Virus record (IMG/VR): IMGVR_UViG_3300037010_002844 | Coordinates: 186,001 to 250,000 of that record | DNA length: 64,000 nt | Reading direction: 5' to 3' (one strand) | In this document: piece by piece, positions 19,791 to 29,800 of the stretch | Layout: the number at the start of each line of letters is the position of its first letter | Numbering within the stretch: position 1 is the first letter of the stretch | Notes under the pieces: model-generated | Databases searched by the model: none | What the model was told of the DNA's origin: nothing | Seen by the model: only the letters and a program-made list of their open reading frames with translations | Translations under genes and position numbers: made by a program

Positions 19791-20849
19791 ATGGCCATTA
19801 CGCTCAAAGAGAAGTACGAGGCTCGCAGGTTGCAGCGCCTTCAGGAAAAAGTCTCACGGATCAATGCTGAATTGCTCGAAGAGCACCGCGTAGCCCGCTT
19901 GATCGTTGAGGCGATGGACGAAGAGGAGCTCAACAAGGCATCCGCCGTCCTCGACAAGCTCGAAAATCTCGTGTCAAAGCTGCCCAACGCCAAGTCCTTG
20001 AAGGCCGCAGTCGACGCAGCAACCAACGACATCAACAAATACACGGGCGGTGGAAGCATCGGTCGAGCCTGGCAGAAGATGAAGTCGAAGCTGTCAGGCG
20101 GCGAAAATCCGATTGTCAAGGCGATGGCTCTTGCGAGCGCACTGGAACGTGGGTTTCAGCTGCTGCCAAAGATTGTCAAGAATTTGAAGATCGAAAAGGC
20201 AGAAGGCGACAGCCTCAAGGACCGCCTTGGCGGCGACAACGTTGCCGCTGGCACGCCGGGAGCAAATGACAAAATTCAAGCTGCTCAAGGCATGCTGATA
20301 AAGGCATTCACGCCTGGTGGCCTCTTTGGAGCCTTCAAGAAACTGCCTTACGCAGACGTTCAAGGTCTCGTCAACGACATCATGACGTCGCCCATCGCGG
20401 CCTTGACGCAGGCGCAGCAGACGATCGAGGCCGGTCCCAAGACCGCTGACATTGCACCAGAACTGAAAGACGATTTGAAAAAGGGTGCCAACGTCAGTGG
20501 AGAGAAAAAATCTGGCGAGAGCAAGTCAGGCGAGGCTCCCAGCGGAGCAAAGACCGCATCACCGACGACCTCAGGCGAAACTCCTGCCGCCAAGAGCAAC
20601 GAGAAGCCCGCTGAGGCACCCAAGGCCGGTGGTGAGGGCCTAAACGACGATCAAGTCAAGGACCTCGCTGGTCGATTGGCGGCCCGTTTGCCCAACAAGA
20701 TCAAAGCTGACGATGCGGCTAGGGTCATTGCTGCCATCCGCGACCTGGGCAAGAAGATGGGCTACAGTATTCGCAAAGAAGGGTTGAACCTCTACGATGT
20801 GGAGCGTGTGCTCGCTGAAATCAAAAAGTCAGACAAGCAGCGCACCTAG
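19791..20849 (+). CDS. Hypothetical protein with low-complexity linker
   Basis: Start moved to MAITLKEKY (GAGG upstream); lone plus-strand gene whose 3' end overlaps the chaperonin-like gene. Confidence 0.75.
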   Translation: MAITLKEKYEARRLQRLQEKVSRINAELLEEHRVARLIVEAMDEEELNKASAVLDKLENLVSKLPNAKSLKAAVDAATNDINKYTGGGSIGRAWQKMKSKLSGGENPIVKAMALASALERGFQLLPKIVKNLKIEKAEGDSLKDRLGGDNVAAGTPGANDKIQAAQGMLIKAFTPGGLFGAFKKLPYADVQGLVNDIMTSPIAALTQAQQTIEAGPKTADIAPELKDDLKKGANVSGEKKSGESKSGEAPSGAKTASPTTSGETPAAKSNEKPAEAPKAGGEGLNDDQVKDLAGRLAARLPNKIKADDAARVIAAIRDLGKKMGYSIRKEGLNLYDVERVLAEIKKSDKQRT

Positions 20850-22079
20850 CGAGGCCAAGGTCTCGTAGCACTTCTGCGCATGCACCGCGGCCGCCACCCT
20901 GGCGGCCGTCGGCATTTCGGCTGTCACACCATGATCGACCAATGATTTGATGGTTCTCAGCGCCACGTCAATCGACTGTGAGACTCTGACAAAGTCTTTG
21001 TTGTCTGGCAGGCGCATCACCACGTGACTCGGTGATAGAGAGCGGATTCGTTTGTCATAGAGCTTGCCAACGTCTTCGATCACGTTCGACTTGCTGCGTT
21101 TATCACGAAGAAATGCCACGTGTTCTGCAACACGAGCTCGAGTGGCTGAGTGCTGCAACACCACCTTGTTGGGATAGACGAGGGCAGCCTCGATCCGTGG
21201 TGCTGACTCGAACTTGATGGCAGAGATGAGGTCACCCTTATTGCTGGAAATGAGGTCACAGCCCGTGACGATCGCTAGATCGTTGACAGAGTTAATTCCC
21301 TCGAGGTCGAACTTGACGATGATTGGAACGACCTTCAAAGAACCTCTGTCGAAGTTGACCTTCAGAGTGTGAAGTACCTCCTGTGACAGGCCTCTGACGA
21401 ACATGATGATGGGTTCTTTGGCCTCATTGGCCGCCTCGAGGAGGTGATGAATCTCTGAGACCTGTTCGATGTAACCATCGATAACGAGAGCCCTGGGTTG
21501 CTCGAGACGAGCTGTCAGCTGCCAGGCAGCCACCGTGTCAAACGAATATCCACGCGATAGTTCGACAGACGGCATCAATGCATGCGTCTTCTCTACGATG
21601 ATACGCCCGCCGAAACCCGCAAGTTCCAACGCATCTGTCAACATGTCGCCGGCGACCTTGTCGACCTTCTTAACACGATCAATGACACACCTTCGAATAT
21701 CGTCTGCGGTCGCCGGCCTCGAGATGACATTCTGATTTATTTGAAAATCAAGTGGCGTAATACCCTTCAAGAACAGTTCGATGATTTCTAGCAGCCTCTC
21801 GAGAGTCATGTCGAAGGCACCGGGTCCCATCTTCTCAGCCGCTACCGCATGGCCGATGATGATTTCTAGTAGCCTGGCCTCGAGTGGATCAGCCAAACGC
21901 AGGTTGAACAACATCTGGAACCGGGTATGGATAAGGCTACGATCATCCCTAGAGACTAGAACATCATCCTGAACTTTCTGCGTTAGTAGCCGCAGACGTC
22001 CAACGAGGCGGTGCAATGCCGCTCTAACGTCGTCCTGGAGGTAGACTTGGGTCCCAGAGTTCACGGGACCATAGTACAC
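20829..22079 (-). CDS. Highly divergent GroEL/Cpn60-like protein
   Basis: ALELAGFGGRIIVEK, GYSFD, LHHLLE..KEPIIMF..GLSQEVLHTLKVN, DLAIVTG resemble GroEL intermediate/apical domains; no GDGTTT; start uncertain. Confidence 0.7.
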   Translation of the reverse strand: MYYGPVNSGTQVYLQDDVRAALHRLVGRLRLLTQKVQDDVLVSRDDRSLIHTRFQMLFNLRLADPLEARLLEIIIGHAVAAEKMGPGAFDMTLERLLEIIELFLKGITPLDFQINQNVISRPATADDIRRCVIDRVKKVDKVAGDMLTDALELAGFGGRIIVEKTHALMPSVELSRGYSFDTVAAWQLTARLEQPRALVIDGYIEQVSEIHHLLEAANEAKEPIIMFVRGLSQEVLHTLKVNFDRGSLKVVPIIVKFDLEGINSVNDLAIVTGCDLISSNKGDLISAIKFESAPRIEAALVYPNKVVLQHSATRARVAEHVAFLRDKRSKSNVIEDVGKLYDKRIRSLSPSHVVMRLPDNKDFVRVSQSIDVALRTIKSLVDHGVTAEMPTAARVAAAVHAQKCYETLASLGALLV

Positions 22080-22082
22080 CGC

Positions 22083-22619
22083 TCACTTCCAGTGTGTCGT
22101 CAATACATCATACAGGATCTTGAAAAGCAAAGTGACAGCGCCACCGCCGAATCCCATACCGATCCATGCACCGACCTTTGAAACTGTGGCCTTCCACTGT
22201 GTCAATTGCTCGATGACTTTCTGCTGCTCTTCGACTTTCTTGACCAGAGCTTCATCTGACGTTTTGTCTTCCTGGGCTGACTTCTCGGTCTGTGCCTTCC
22301 AGGTGTTTAGCTCGATCAACTGCTTCTCAAGTTCGCCATTTTCTTTGGACGCTGTGGCTTGCACGGTGTTGATCCTGGAGAAGAGGCCCGTGTCAGGTTC
22401 ATAGATCGCCGCGTGGATCTTGTCGACAGTCGAGACGATTTTGCCCTGCGACTCTTCGATCTTGTCAACCTTGTACAGAAGGGTGTCGAACCCGCCGTTG
22501 AGTGCCGGAGAGGAGTTCACCTTCTGTTGAATCTCTGCAAGGACTCGGGTCGTGTCTAGGTCTGTTCCAATCAAACGAGCTGCAGATCCTCGTGCACTTC
22601 CTGGCTTTTTGGTGGGCAT
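22083..22619 (-). CDS. Coiled-coil protein with C-terminal transmembrane helix (holin-like architecture possible)
   Basis: Heptad-rich body; VGAWIGMGFGGGAVTLLFKILY hydrophobic end. Confidence 0.6.
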   Translation of the reverse strand: MPTKKPGSARGSAARLIGTDLDTTRVLAEIQQKVNSSPALNGGFDTLLYKVDKIEESQGKIVSTVDKIHAAIYEPDTGLFSRINTVQATASKENGELEKQLIELNTWKAQTEKSAQEDKTSDEALVKKVEEQQKVIEQLTQWKATVSKVGAWIGMGFGGGAVTLLFKILYDVLTTHWK

Positions 22620-22660
22620 CAGTTGGTCCTTCTCGCGTCGACGAATCGCGGGTATACGCC

Positions 22661-22830
22661 CGATTAAGACTTAAGATTAAGAGCTATTAAGCAGTCTTAA
22701 GCTAGACGTTAAATTTAAGAGCAGTCCACAGTTCGATTAAGAGTTCTTAAGCAGATCTAAACTAGATGTTGAAATTTAAGAGCAGTCCACAGTTCGATTA
22801 AGAGCTAAGGAGCAGTTCCGCAATTAAGTA
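22661..22830. repeat. AT-rich ~60-bp imperfect tandem repeat (2.5 units), candidate origin/regulatory region
   Basis: 33-bp exact repeat AAATTTAAGAGCAGTCCACAGTTCGATTAAGAG at 22711-22743 and 22772-22804; more than 10 TTAA motifs. Confidence 0.85.
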
Positions 22831-22913
22831 ATACGTCGCGCGCATCATTCACGGGTTCGAAGACTTGAACACTGGGACACACCATGGGGTAGAGTCTCGC
22901 AAAGAGGCACACA

Positions 22914-24821
22914 GTGTTCGACGAACAGATCTTCAAATCCCCAGTCGCTCGCATCGCAGATGACGCAAAGGTCGTCTTTGTCTCAGACATGTTCGTCGAA
23001 GACTACGTCGGAGGTGCGGAACTCACATCGCAGGCACTCATCGATTCCAGTCCCGTCAAGGTGCAGAAGTTGCACACTCGTGACCTGACGCTGCAGACCC
23101 TTGAACAGGGAGCTGACAAGTTCTGGATCTTCGGCAACTTCGCTGACATTAATCCCCAGTTGATCCCCAGCATCGTTGCCAACCTGAAGTACACGGTCCT
23201 CGAGTACGACTACAAGTACTGTCGCTTCCGTTCTCCAGAGAAGCACTTTGACGCCACGAAGACTCCTTGTGACTGTCACAACCAGAACAACGGCAAGCTG
23301 GTCTCCGCGTTCTACTATGGTTCCTTGGGGCTCTGGTGGATGTCAGAGAAGCAGAAGGAACGCTACCACGCAGTATTCCCATTCTTGGCAGAAAAGGACA
23401 ACGTCGTCCTCTCTAGCGTCTTTTCACCTGAAACCTTGGGCCTCATCGAGAAACTGCGTGCCAACGCACCTGCGGAACGCAAGGGGTGGATTGTCCTGGG
23501 TTCGAACTCTTGGGTCAAGGGTGCCGGTGCTGCTGAGAAGTGGTGCATGGACAACGGCAAGGACTACCACGTGGTCTGGAACGTTCCCTACCACGAGCTA
23601 CTCGAGCAACTCTCGAAGGCAGAAGGCTTTGTCTACCTGCCGAATGGGGCAGACACCTGCCCTCGCATGGTCATTGAAGCCAAGCTATTGGGTTGCAAGC
23701 TACACCTCAACGACCACGTCCAACACAAGGACGAGGAATGGTTCAACACCGATGATCTCGAAAGCATCAAGGATTATCTGTTTGCAGCCCGCGCCATGTT
23801 TTGGAATGGTGTCAAGCACATGATGGACTACAAGCCCACCATCTCGGGCTACATGACCGTCTACAACTGCGTCACCCAAAAGTACCCGTGGAAGGAGGCT
23901 ATCTTGTCGATGGCAGAGTTCTGCGACGAGATTTGCGTAGTCGACGGTGGTAGCACTGACGGTACCTGGCAAGCGTTGCAGTTCTTGGCTTCGACTGATC
24001 CGATCCTCAAAGTCAAGCAGGTTCCGCGAGATTGGTCTCATCCACGTCACGCGGTCTTTGACGGCATGCAAAAGGCCGAAGCCCGAGCAATGTGCACCAG
24101 TGAGTACTGCTGGCAGATGGACTCCGACGAGATCGTTCACGAGGACGACGCAGCAAAGGTGATCGACTTGTGCCGTAAGATTCCCCGCGAGGCAGACGTG
24201 TTGTCACTGCCCGTCATCGAGTATTGGGGCGGACCCGAAAAGGTTCGCGTTGACATTCAGCCGTGGAAGTGGCGGCTGTCGCGTAACAAGCCCAACATCA
24301 CTCACGGGATTCCCCGTGAACTACGAACCACTGATGCAGACGGGCACCCGATGGCGCTGCCTGGCACTGATGGTTGCGACATGATCGACAAAGAGACTGG
24401 CGAGCGTCTGCCTCACGTGTCGTTCTACACACCTGACGTGGAACGCGTCAGACAATTTGCGATCATGGGCGACAACAACGCCCTCCTCCAGTATCAGTTG
24501 TGGTTCAACGCTGCAGTGAACCGACTGCCTTGCGTCTTCCACTACTCATGGTACGATCTTCCTCGTAAGATCCGCCTCTACCGTGACTACTGGCAGAACC
24601 ACTGGAACGGCCTGTGGGGCAGGGACACTTCCGACGTTGCAGAGAATAACATGATGTTCGATGTCCCGTGGTCACAGGTCACCGACGAGATGATCGAAGC
24701 TCGTGCAAAGGAGCTCAAGGACAAGCTCGGTGGCTGGATCTGGCACCGCAAATGGGACGGCAAGGTCAAGATTCCTCACATCTCTGTCGCCCGTACGCAA
24801 CCCAAGGTGATGTTGAAGTGA
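22914..24821 (+). CDS. Two-domain glycosyltransferase (GT-B/GT4-like + GT-A/GT2)
   Basis: GGAEL...DTCPRMVIEAKLLG (GT4-like), then ICVVDGGSTDGT and DSDE (GT2). Confidence 0.85.
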   Translation: MFDEQIFKSPVARIADDAKVVFVSDMFVEDYVGGAELTSQALIDSSPVKVQKLHTRDLTLQTLEQGADKFWIFGNFADINPQLIPSIVANLKYTVLEYDYKYCRFRSPEKHFDATKTPCDCHNQNNGKLVSAFYYGSLGLWWMSEKQKERYHAVFPFLAEKDNVVLSSVFSPETLGLIEKLRANAPAERKGWIVLGSNSWVKGAGAAEKWCMDNGKDYHVVWNVPYHELLEQLSKAEGFVYLPNGADTCPRMVIEAKLLGCKLHLNDHVQHKDEEWFNTDDLESIKDYLFAARAMFWNGVKHMMDYKPTISGYMTVYNCVTQKYPWKEAILSMAEFCDEICVVDGGSTDGTWQALQFLASTDPILKVKQVPRDWSHPRHAVFDGMQKAEARAMCTSEYCWQMDSDEIVHEDDAAKVIDLCRKIPREADVLSLPVIEYWGGPEKVRVDIQPWKWRLSRNKPNITHGIPRELRTTDADGHPMALPGTDGCDMIDKETGERLPHVSFYTPDVERVRQFAIMGDNNALLQYQLWFNAAVNRLPCVFHYSWYDLPRKIRLYRDYWQNHWNGLWGRDTSDVAENNMMFDVPWSQVTDEMIEARAKELKDKLGGWIWHRKWDGKVKIPHISVARTQPKVMLK

Positions 24822-25180
24822 GAAAGCCTTTTCCCAAGATGATCCGCGTCATCATCGAGTCGCCCTATGCTGGCGACATTGACAAGAACATGCGGTACGT
24901 CAGGGCCTGCATGCGTGACTGTCTAGCGAGAGGTGAGAGTCCATACGCGAGCCACGCACTGTACACTCAGGAAGGCGTCCTCCGCGATGACGTCACTGAC
25001 GAGCGAATGCACGGCATCGCCGCTGGCTTTGCATGGCGTGAGGCCTCAGATAAGACTGTCGTGTACACTGACCTCGGCATGAGTAAGGGCATGGAGTACG
25101 GCATCGCTCATGCCCAGGAGCTCGGTCACCCGATCGAGTATCGCAAGTTGGAAGGCGAGTGGTCGAATGGCAGCGCCTAA
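24818..25180 (+). CDS. DUF4406/nucleoside-2-deoxyribosyltransferase-like small protein
   Basis: VIIESPYAGD..N..Y.RAC...G..PYASH...GI..G..W...D..VVY.D.G.S.GM..GI motif; GTGA coupling. Confidence 0.65.
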   Translation: MRKPFPKMIRVIIESPYAGDIDKNMRYVRACMRDCLARGESPYASHALYTQEGVLRDDVTDERMHGIAAGFAWREASDKTVVYTDLGMSKGMEYGIAHAQELGHPIEYRKLEGEWSNGSA

Positions 25181-25262
25181 AGACAGTCGTGGCAGTTGCT
25201 GCTATGATGTTGATGACTGCCAGTGTTGACCCACCAAGATTGAGATTCCGAGGAAACCAAAG

Positions 25263-25988
25263 ATGAAGAAGATCACGATCCAGCAAAAGCTCGAATCACT
25301 CGGAGTCGATCCGGGGTCAGTGGTGATGGGCGACTTCGACTACATCGGTCGATTCACTGCTGAACGTCAGCGTGGTCTGGATGACCCCAACTACAAGAAG
25401 TACGGCGCGTTCTACCGTTCAAACTATGAGCGTGGCATCCTGATCTATCATCTCATCCGATCATTGGGCATCACGTCAATGCTCGAGATCGGATTTGGCC
25501 GCGGCTACGGAACCTTCTGTGCGGCTCGGGCCTTCTCAGATGCAGGCGTCGAAGGCAAGATCATCACCATCGATCCTGCCCTCAATGAGGACTACATCAA
25601 GATGCTAAGCCAGGTCTTTCCTCATGATTGGTTCAAGCACGTGCAGTTCATGAAGGGAACCTCGGGAGACCTCATTCCGAAGCTCGAGGGTTCCTTCGAC
25701 TTCGTCTACATCGATGGCGACCACTCGTATGCCGGCACGCGGCTGGACTGGGAGCTGACCAAGGATCGCTGGAACAAATGCCTTCTCTTTGACGACTATC
25801 ATCTGCCGTCGAAGAACGACCCAGGCATCCAGTGCCGCGACCTGATCGACGAGGTTGATGACCCGTCGAAGGAACTGATCATCATGGATCGCAGGATGTT
25901 TTTCGACGATCGTCGGTTCACTGACGATCAGGTCGACTACGGTCAGGTCCTCCTGACAAAGGGCGGTGTTTCCCGTGACGACTGGTGA
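25263..25988 (+). CDS. Class I SAM-dependent methyltransferase (Methyltransf_24-like)
   Basis: MLEIGFGRGY, FDFVYIDGDHSY, LFDDY. Confidence 0.88.
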   Translation: MKKITIQQKLESLGVDPGSVVMGDFDYIGRFTAERQRGLDDPNYKKYGAFYRSNYERGILIYHLIRSLGITSMLEIGFGRGYGTFCAARAFSDAGVEGKIITIDPALNEDYIKMLSQVFPHDWFKHVQFMKGTSGDLIPKLEGSFDFVYIDGDHSYAGTRLDWELTKDRWNKCLLFDDYHLPSKNDPGIQCRDLIDEVDDPSKELIIMDRRMFFDDRRFTDDQVDYGQVLLTKGGVSRDDW

Positions 25989-26122
25989 CAATAAGCCTTT
26001 CTTCGATCAAAGAGGCTGCCATGAAAATGGGCGTCAGCAGATCAATGATCTTGCAAGTTTTGAATGGTCATCGTGAATCTGCAAAAGGGTACGTGTACCA
26101 TCATGCCAGAACACCAAAATAG
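25985..26122 (+). CDS. Hidden mini-ORF with NUMOD1-like domain (45 aa)
   Basis: GTG overlaps the methyltransferase TGA; VTISLSSIKEAAMKMGVSRSMILQVLNGHRESAKGYVYHHARTPK*. Confidence 0.5.
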   Translation: MTISLSSIKEAAMKMGVSRSMILQVLNGHRESAKGYVYHHARTPK

Positions 26123-26891
26123 GTTTTGTTTTGTGGCACCGATGTTCAATGCATCGGAAACATTGCCCAGGATGCTTTACAGCATCTATGGGCAGTCATA
26201 TGACAACTGGAAGATCGTCCTGATCGATGATGTGTCCGATTCTGTGCATGTAGCCAACGCAAAAGACTGGCTGCAACGCTTCGATCACCTCAATTCTGGC
26301 CGTGTCACTACAATCTGGAACGCTGAGAAGAAGTGGGAGGTTGCCAACGTCCTCAGAGGTCTGCAGGAGTGTGAGGACAGCGACATCGTCTGTCGCATTG
26401 ACGCGGACGATTGGTTGACAGAGCTCGATGCTCTGACGTACCTAAACGTTCTCTACAACCAGAGCGGCGCAGACGCCCTGTGGACGGCACATCGTTGGGG
26501 TTTTACTGACAAGAACATCTCAGCTCCGATGCCCGGAGATGCTGACCCGTACAAATACCCGTGGGTCTCCAGCCACCTAAAGACCTTTCGTAAGAGCCTT
26601 CTGAATGGCGTACCTTACGAAAACTTTACCAATATGAATGGTGATCTTGTTCGTAGGGCCGGCGACCAAAGCCTTTATCTCCCGGTGTTGCATAATGCAA
26701 AGAGGCGTGGATTTGTTCCACGCGTCATGTATCACTATACCATTGATGAGCGCGGCGGTGCTGTTTATCAGACTGATGACGCAAAGTTTCAAAAAGCAGA
26801 AGCTGACTTCTTGCGCGGAAGAGGTTACGTTGCCCAAGGAAAACCGTGGGAAGAAGGTCTACAGACGTCATCACACAAAGCATCCACCTGA
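26103..26891 (+). CDS. GT2 glycosyltransferase
   Basis: Start moved to MPEHQN; VAPMFNA, IVLIDDVSD, RIDADD, AGDQ. Confidence 0.88.
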   Translation: MPEHQNRFCFVAPMFNASETLPRMLYSIYGQSYDNWKIVLIDDVSDSVHVANAKDWLQRFDHLNSGRVTTIWNAEKKWEVANVLRGLQECEDSDIVCRIDADDWLTELDALTYLNVLYNQSGADALWTAHRWGFTDKNISAPMPGDADPYKYPWVSSHLKTFRKSLLNGVPYENFTNMNGDLVRRAGDQSLYLPVLHNAKRRGFVPRVMYHYTIDERGGAVYQTDDAKFQKAEADFLRGRGYVAQGKPWEEGLQTSSHKAST

Positions 26892-27587
26892 AGTGTGTCA
26901 GTCAATTGTTGACATGTACGTCAATGAAAAGCTGTCGTCAGTTGGCATCCTGGAACGCCTTTAGGGCGCGGGTGTTGACATCAGTTACTCTGGCGTTATC
27001 AATCTGATTCATGCAGCAGGTGTGATGCGGTCACGAAGTGAAACAACGAAACACATCACGTTCACAGACACTAAAAAGTGTAAACACGGTACGTCAGATG
27101 ACGTGTGGCGGCGGGAGGTGTTGGCACGGGTCGAAACGTTCGAAGAAGCAAAACGACTCGAAGTTAAGTTCATTGCTGAATATAACACCTGTGCACTTGT
27201 TGGCGGCTTTGGGTATAACATGACCCTGGGCGGTGATGGTGGCACTTTGTCGGGCGTAGCAAACCCGTTCTATGGTCACAACCACACTCCAGAATCTGTC
27301 GAGAAAATTCGACGTACCATCGGTGACCGCCTCTCCGGATAGAACAACCCACAATGGGGTCGAAAAGGTGTGTTGAGTCCGGCATGGGGGTTAAACATTC
27401 GGAAGAGTCTCGACGTAAACGTAGTGAAAAATTACGTGGTCGTACGATCAGCGAACAAGCAAAGAACAACATGAGACAAACGTCTCAGAATCCTGAAACC
27501 AAGCGTCGTCGTAGCGAAGCACAAAAGCTTCGTCGACAGAAAGAGCGAGAAGCACGTGCGAGTCTACATCAATCGTCGACCGATTAG
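26881..27587 (+). pseudogene. Decayed homing endonuclease (HTH + partial GIY-YIG + NUMOD3)
   Basis: One frame with TAG at 26962 and 27340, then a frameshift at the G-run 27386-27390; E.KFI.EYNT..GYNMT.GGDG, NPFYGHNHTPES, KHSEESRRK; boundaries approximate. Confidence 0.8.
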
Positions 27588-28491
27588 GGGACCTTGGGGA
27601 GGTGGCGCACACTTCATTAATGCTGCCTACGAACACATTCCTGAATTGGGCCATGAAGTGGTTCCCGCTGATGAGCGTCAGGTGGCACCCGATATCATCC
27701 TGCTCGCGGGCCTTGACAGCGAGGCTGGTGGCATCTCAGCTGAGCAGGCGGTCATGTACAAGCTACACATGACGGGTCACCGCGACATTCGCATCGTCCT
27801 CCGCGTCAACGAAAATGATGCCCGGAAGGGGACTACGGGGGTCGACGAATACCTTTTGAAGCTCTCGGAGTACGTCGACGGCACGGTGTTTGTCTCGAGA
27901 TGGCTGCAGAAATATTTCGAGAAAAAAGGATGGAATTGCTCCAACAACACCGTCATCAAAAATGGGGTCGATTCAACCATCTTTGCCCCTGCGAACAAGT
28001 TCAACGACGGCAAGGTGCACATCGCGGCCCATCACTGGTCAGACAACCCGTTGAAGGGTGCCGACATCTACGAAGAAATTGATCGCTTCGTCGGAGCTCA
28101 ACCCAAGAAGTTCGCCTTCACGTACATCGGTCGACACAAGTGCGACTTTAAGCACACCACGGTTGTGAGGCCGCTGTACGGCAAGAAACTCGGTGAAGAA
28201 CTGGGTCGCCATGATGTCTATGTGTCAGCATCCAGGTTCGATCCTGGTCCCAACCACATCTTGGAATCGATTGCCTGTGGCTTGCCAACCTACGTGCACA
28301 AGGACGGCGGCGGCGCGGTCGAGTTCGCTTGTGGAGATGAGTACGTCTACCAGGACTGGAATGAGCTGCGCTTCATCCTCGAAAAAGGCGTTTTCCGACC
28401 GAATCCTGCTGCAACGGGCGATTGGAAGACATGCATCGAGGAGTATGTTAGATTCATGCAGGCCACTAGCCTACGCACGGAGAACCCATGA
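27556..28491 (+). CDS. GT4-family glycosyltransferase
   Basis: GGGAHF, NGVDS..F.P, ASRFDPGPNHILESIACGLP. Confidence 0.88.
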   Translation: MRVYINRRPIRGPWGGGAHFINAAYEHIPELGHEVVPADERQVAPDIILLAGLDSEAGGISAEQAVMYKLHMTGHRDIRIVLRVNENDARKGTTGVDEYLLKLSEYVDGTVFVSRWLQKYFEKKGWNCSNNTVIKNGVDSTIFAPANKFNDGKVHIAAHHWSDNPLKGADIYEEIDRFVGAQPKKFAFTYIGRHKCDFKHTTVVRPLYGKKLGEELGRHDVYVSASRFDPGPNHILESIACGLPTYVHKDGGGAVEFACGDEYVYQDWNELRFILEKGVFRPNPAATGDWKTCIEEYVRFMQATSLRTENP

Positions 28492-28871
28492 GTGACAAGA
28501 AGGTCGGAATCCACGAGGCCGTGTCCCAGCTGTTGGGTGAGAAGTTGAAGAAGTACATCAAACCTGAGGGTTCAGAGGAGGGCCTCAATCCCTACGTCTG
28601 CACTCAGATCTATGGTGACATCTTTGACGCGCTCGTCGAGGTCTTCACCGCCGCGCAGGTCGAGATCACCAATGAGTCGATGAACTACGTGGCGCAGCAG
28701 TACTACGATAGCATCCTCATCAACAATCGCTATGAGCTCGATCCCAACATCTTCTCGCAGCGTGCCAGGCTGGAGAACATCGAGACCAAGGAGCTGGCAT
28801 TGTTGCGCATGATGCTCCATGGGACCGACTTTTCGTTGCCGATCATTCAGGAGATCAAGCGTCGATCATGA
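28488..28871 (+). CDS. Hypothetical protein
   Basis: 127 aa, ATGA-coupled on both sides. Confidence 0.75.
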   Translation: MSDKKVGIHEAVSQLLGEKLKKYIKPEGSEEGLNPYVCTQIYGDIFDALVEVFTAAQVEITNESMNYVAQQYYDSILINNRYELDPNIFSQRARLENIETKELALLRMMLHGTDFSLPIIQEIKRRS

Positions 28872-29800
28872 AGGTGCACTTCGACGGTGTCAATTTCAAC
28901 TCTTTGTCCGGCCCCAACACCTTCGCAGGCCGCCTAGCCCGTGGGTTGTTCGAGAGCGGACACGAGGTGACGCTCTCGGTAGCCGAGGCCGACGTTTCAC
29001 TGGTCTTCATCGAACGCAGTGGGGCACCCCTTGCCAAGAAAGTCGTCCAGCGCCTAGACGGCGTCTGGTTCAAACCCGAAGAGTTTCACACCAAGAACTC
29101 GAACATCAAGGCGTTGTACGGCGCCGCCGACGCCGTCGTCTTTCAGTCGGAATTTGATCGCAACTTCGTTGAGAAGTGGTGGGGAGGCGTCACCCGGCAC
29201 ACCGTCATCCGCAACGGGATCGACACGGTGCCTCTCAAGGAGTTGACCATTCCGGCGCTGAGCAAATTGGTGCATGATTATGAGCGCATCTACGTCTGCA
29301 GCTCGAATTGGCACCCACAGAAGCGCCTCAAGTCAAACGTTGAACTCTACATGCACCTCCGCGAGAAGCGGCCCAACAGCGCCCTGATCATTATGGGTAA
29401 GGACCCTGACGTGCGTGTGGCAGACCCACACGTCTTCTACACTGGTCCTGTTGGTCCCGATGTCTACATGCAGGTGTATGCTGCAGCCTCATGGATGCTG
29501 CATCTAGCGTGGGCTGACCATTGCCCCAACGTTGTCGTAGAAGCTCTGTCACAAGGAACTCCCGTGGCATGCGCATCCGTGGGTGGAACCAAGGAACTCA
29601 TCGGCTCTTATGGCCACGTCCTACAGGAGCAGCCGTACGACTACACGCTTGAGGACTACGATAATCCACCCATGATCGATGTGAGGCAGGTCGAAGACCT
29701 GCCAGACCGTCGCGATCTCGACTATACCAGCATCGCCGACATCGACATCAAGAATGTCACGCGGCGCTACATTGAACTGTTCGAATCGGTACTCGCATGA
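28868..29800 (+). CDS. GT4-family glycosyltransferase
   Basis: IRNGID, DHCPNVVVEALSQGTPV..VGG..E. Confidence 0.88.
   Translation: MKVHFDGVNFNSLSGPNTFAGRLARGLFESGHEVTLSVAEADVSLVFIERSGAPLAKKVVQRLDGVWFKPEEFHTKNSNIKALYGAADAVVFQSEFDRNFVEKWWGGVTRHTVIRNGIDTVPLKELTIPALSKLVHDYERIYVCSSNWHPQKRLKSNVELYMHLREKRPNSALIIMGKDPDVRVADPHVFYTGPVGPDVYMQVYAAASWMLHLAWADHCPNVVVEALSQGTPVACASVGGTKELIGSYGHVLQEQPYDYTLEDYDNPPMIDVRQVEDLPDRRDLDYTSIADIDIKNVTRRYIELFESVLA

Noticed and set aside
2015-20849. Amber-fusion at the other TAG-ending genes (2015, 15616, 20849)
   Set aside because: Readthrough meets a TGA before the next gene (2015), or runs antisense into a convergent gene (15616, 20849).
22661-22830. CRISPR array
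   Set aside because: Only two exact repeats; the intervening sequences resemble each other rather than being unique spacers; no cas1/cas2 nearby.
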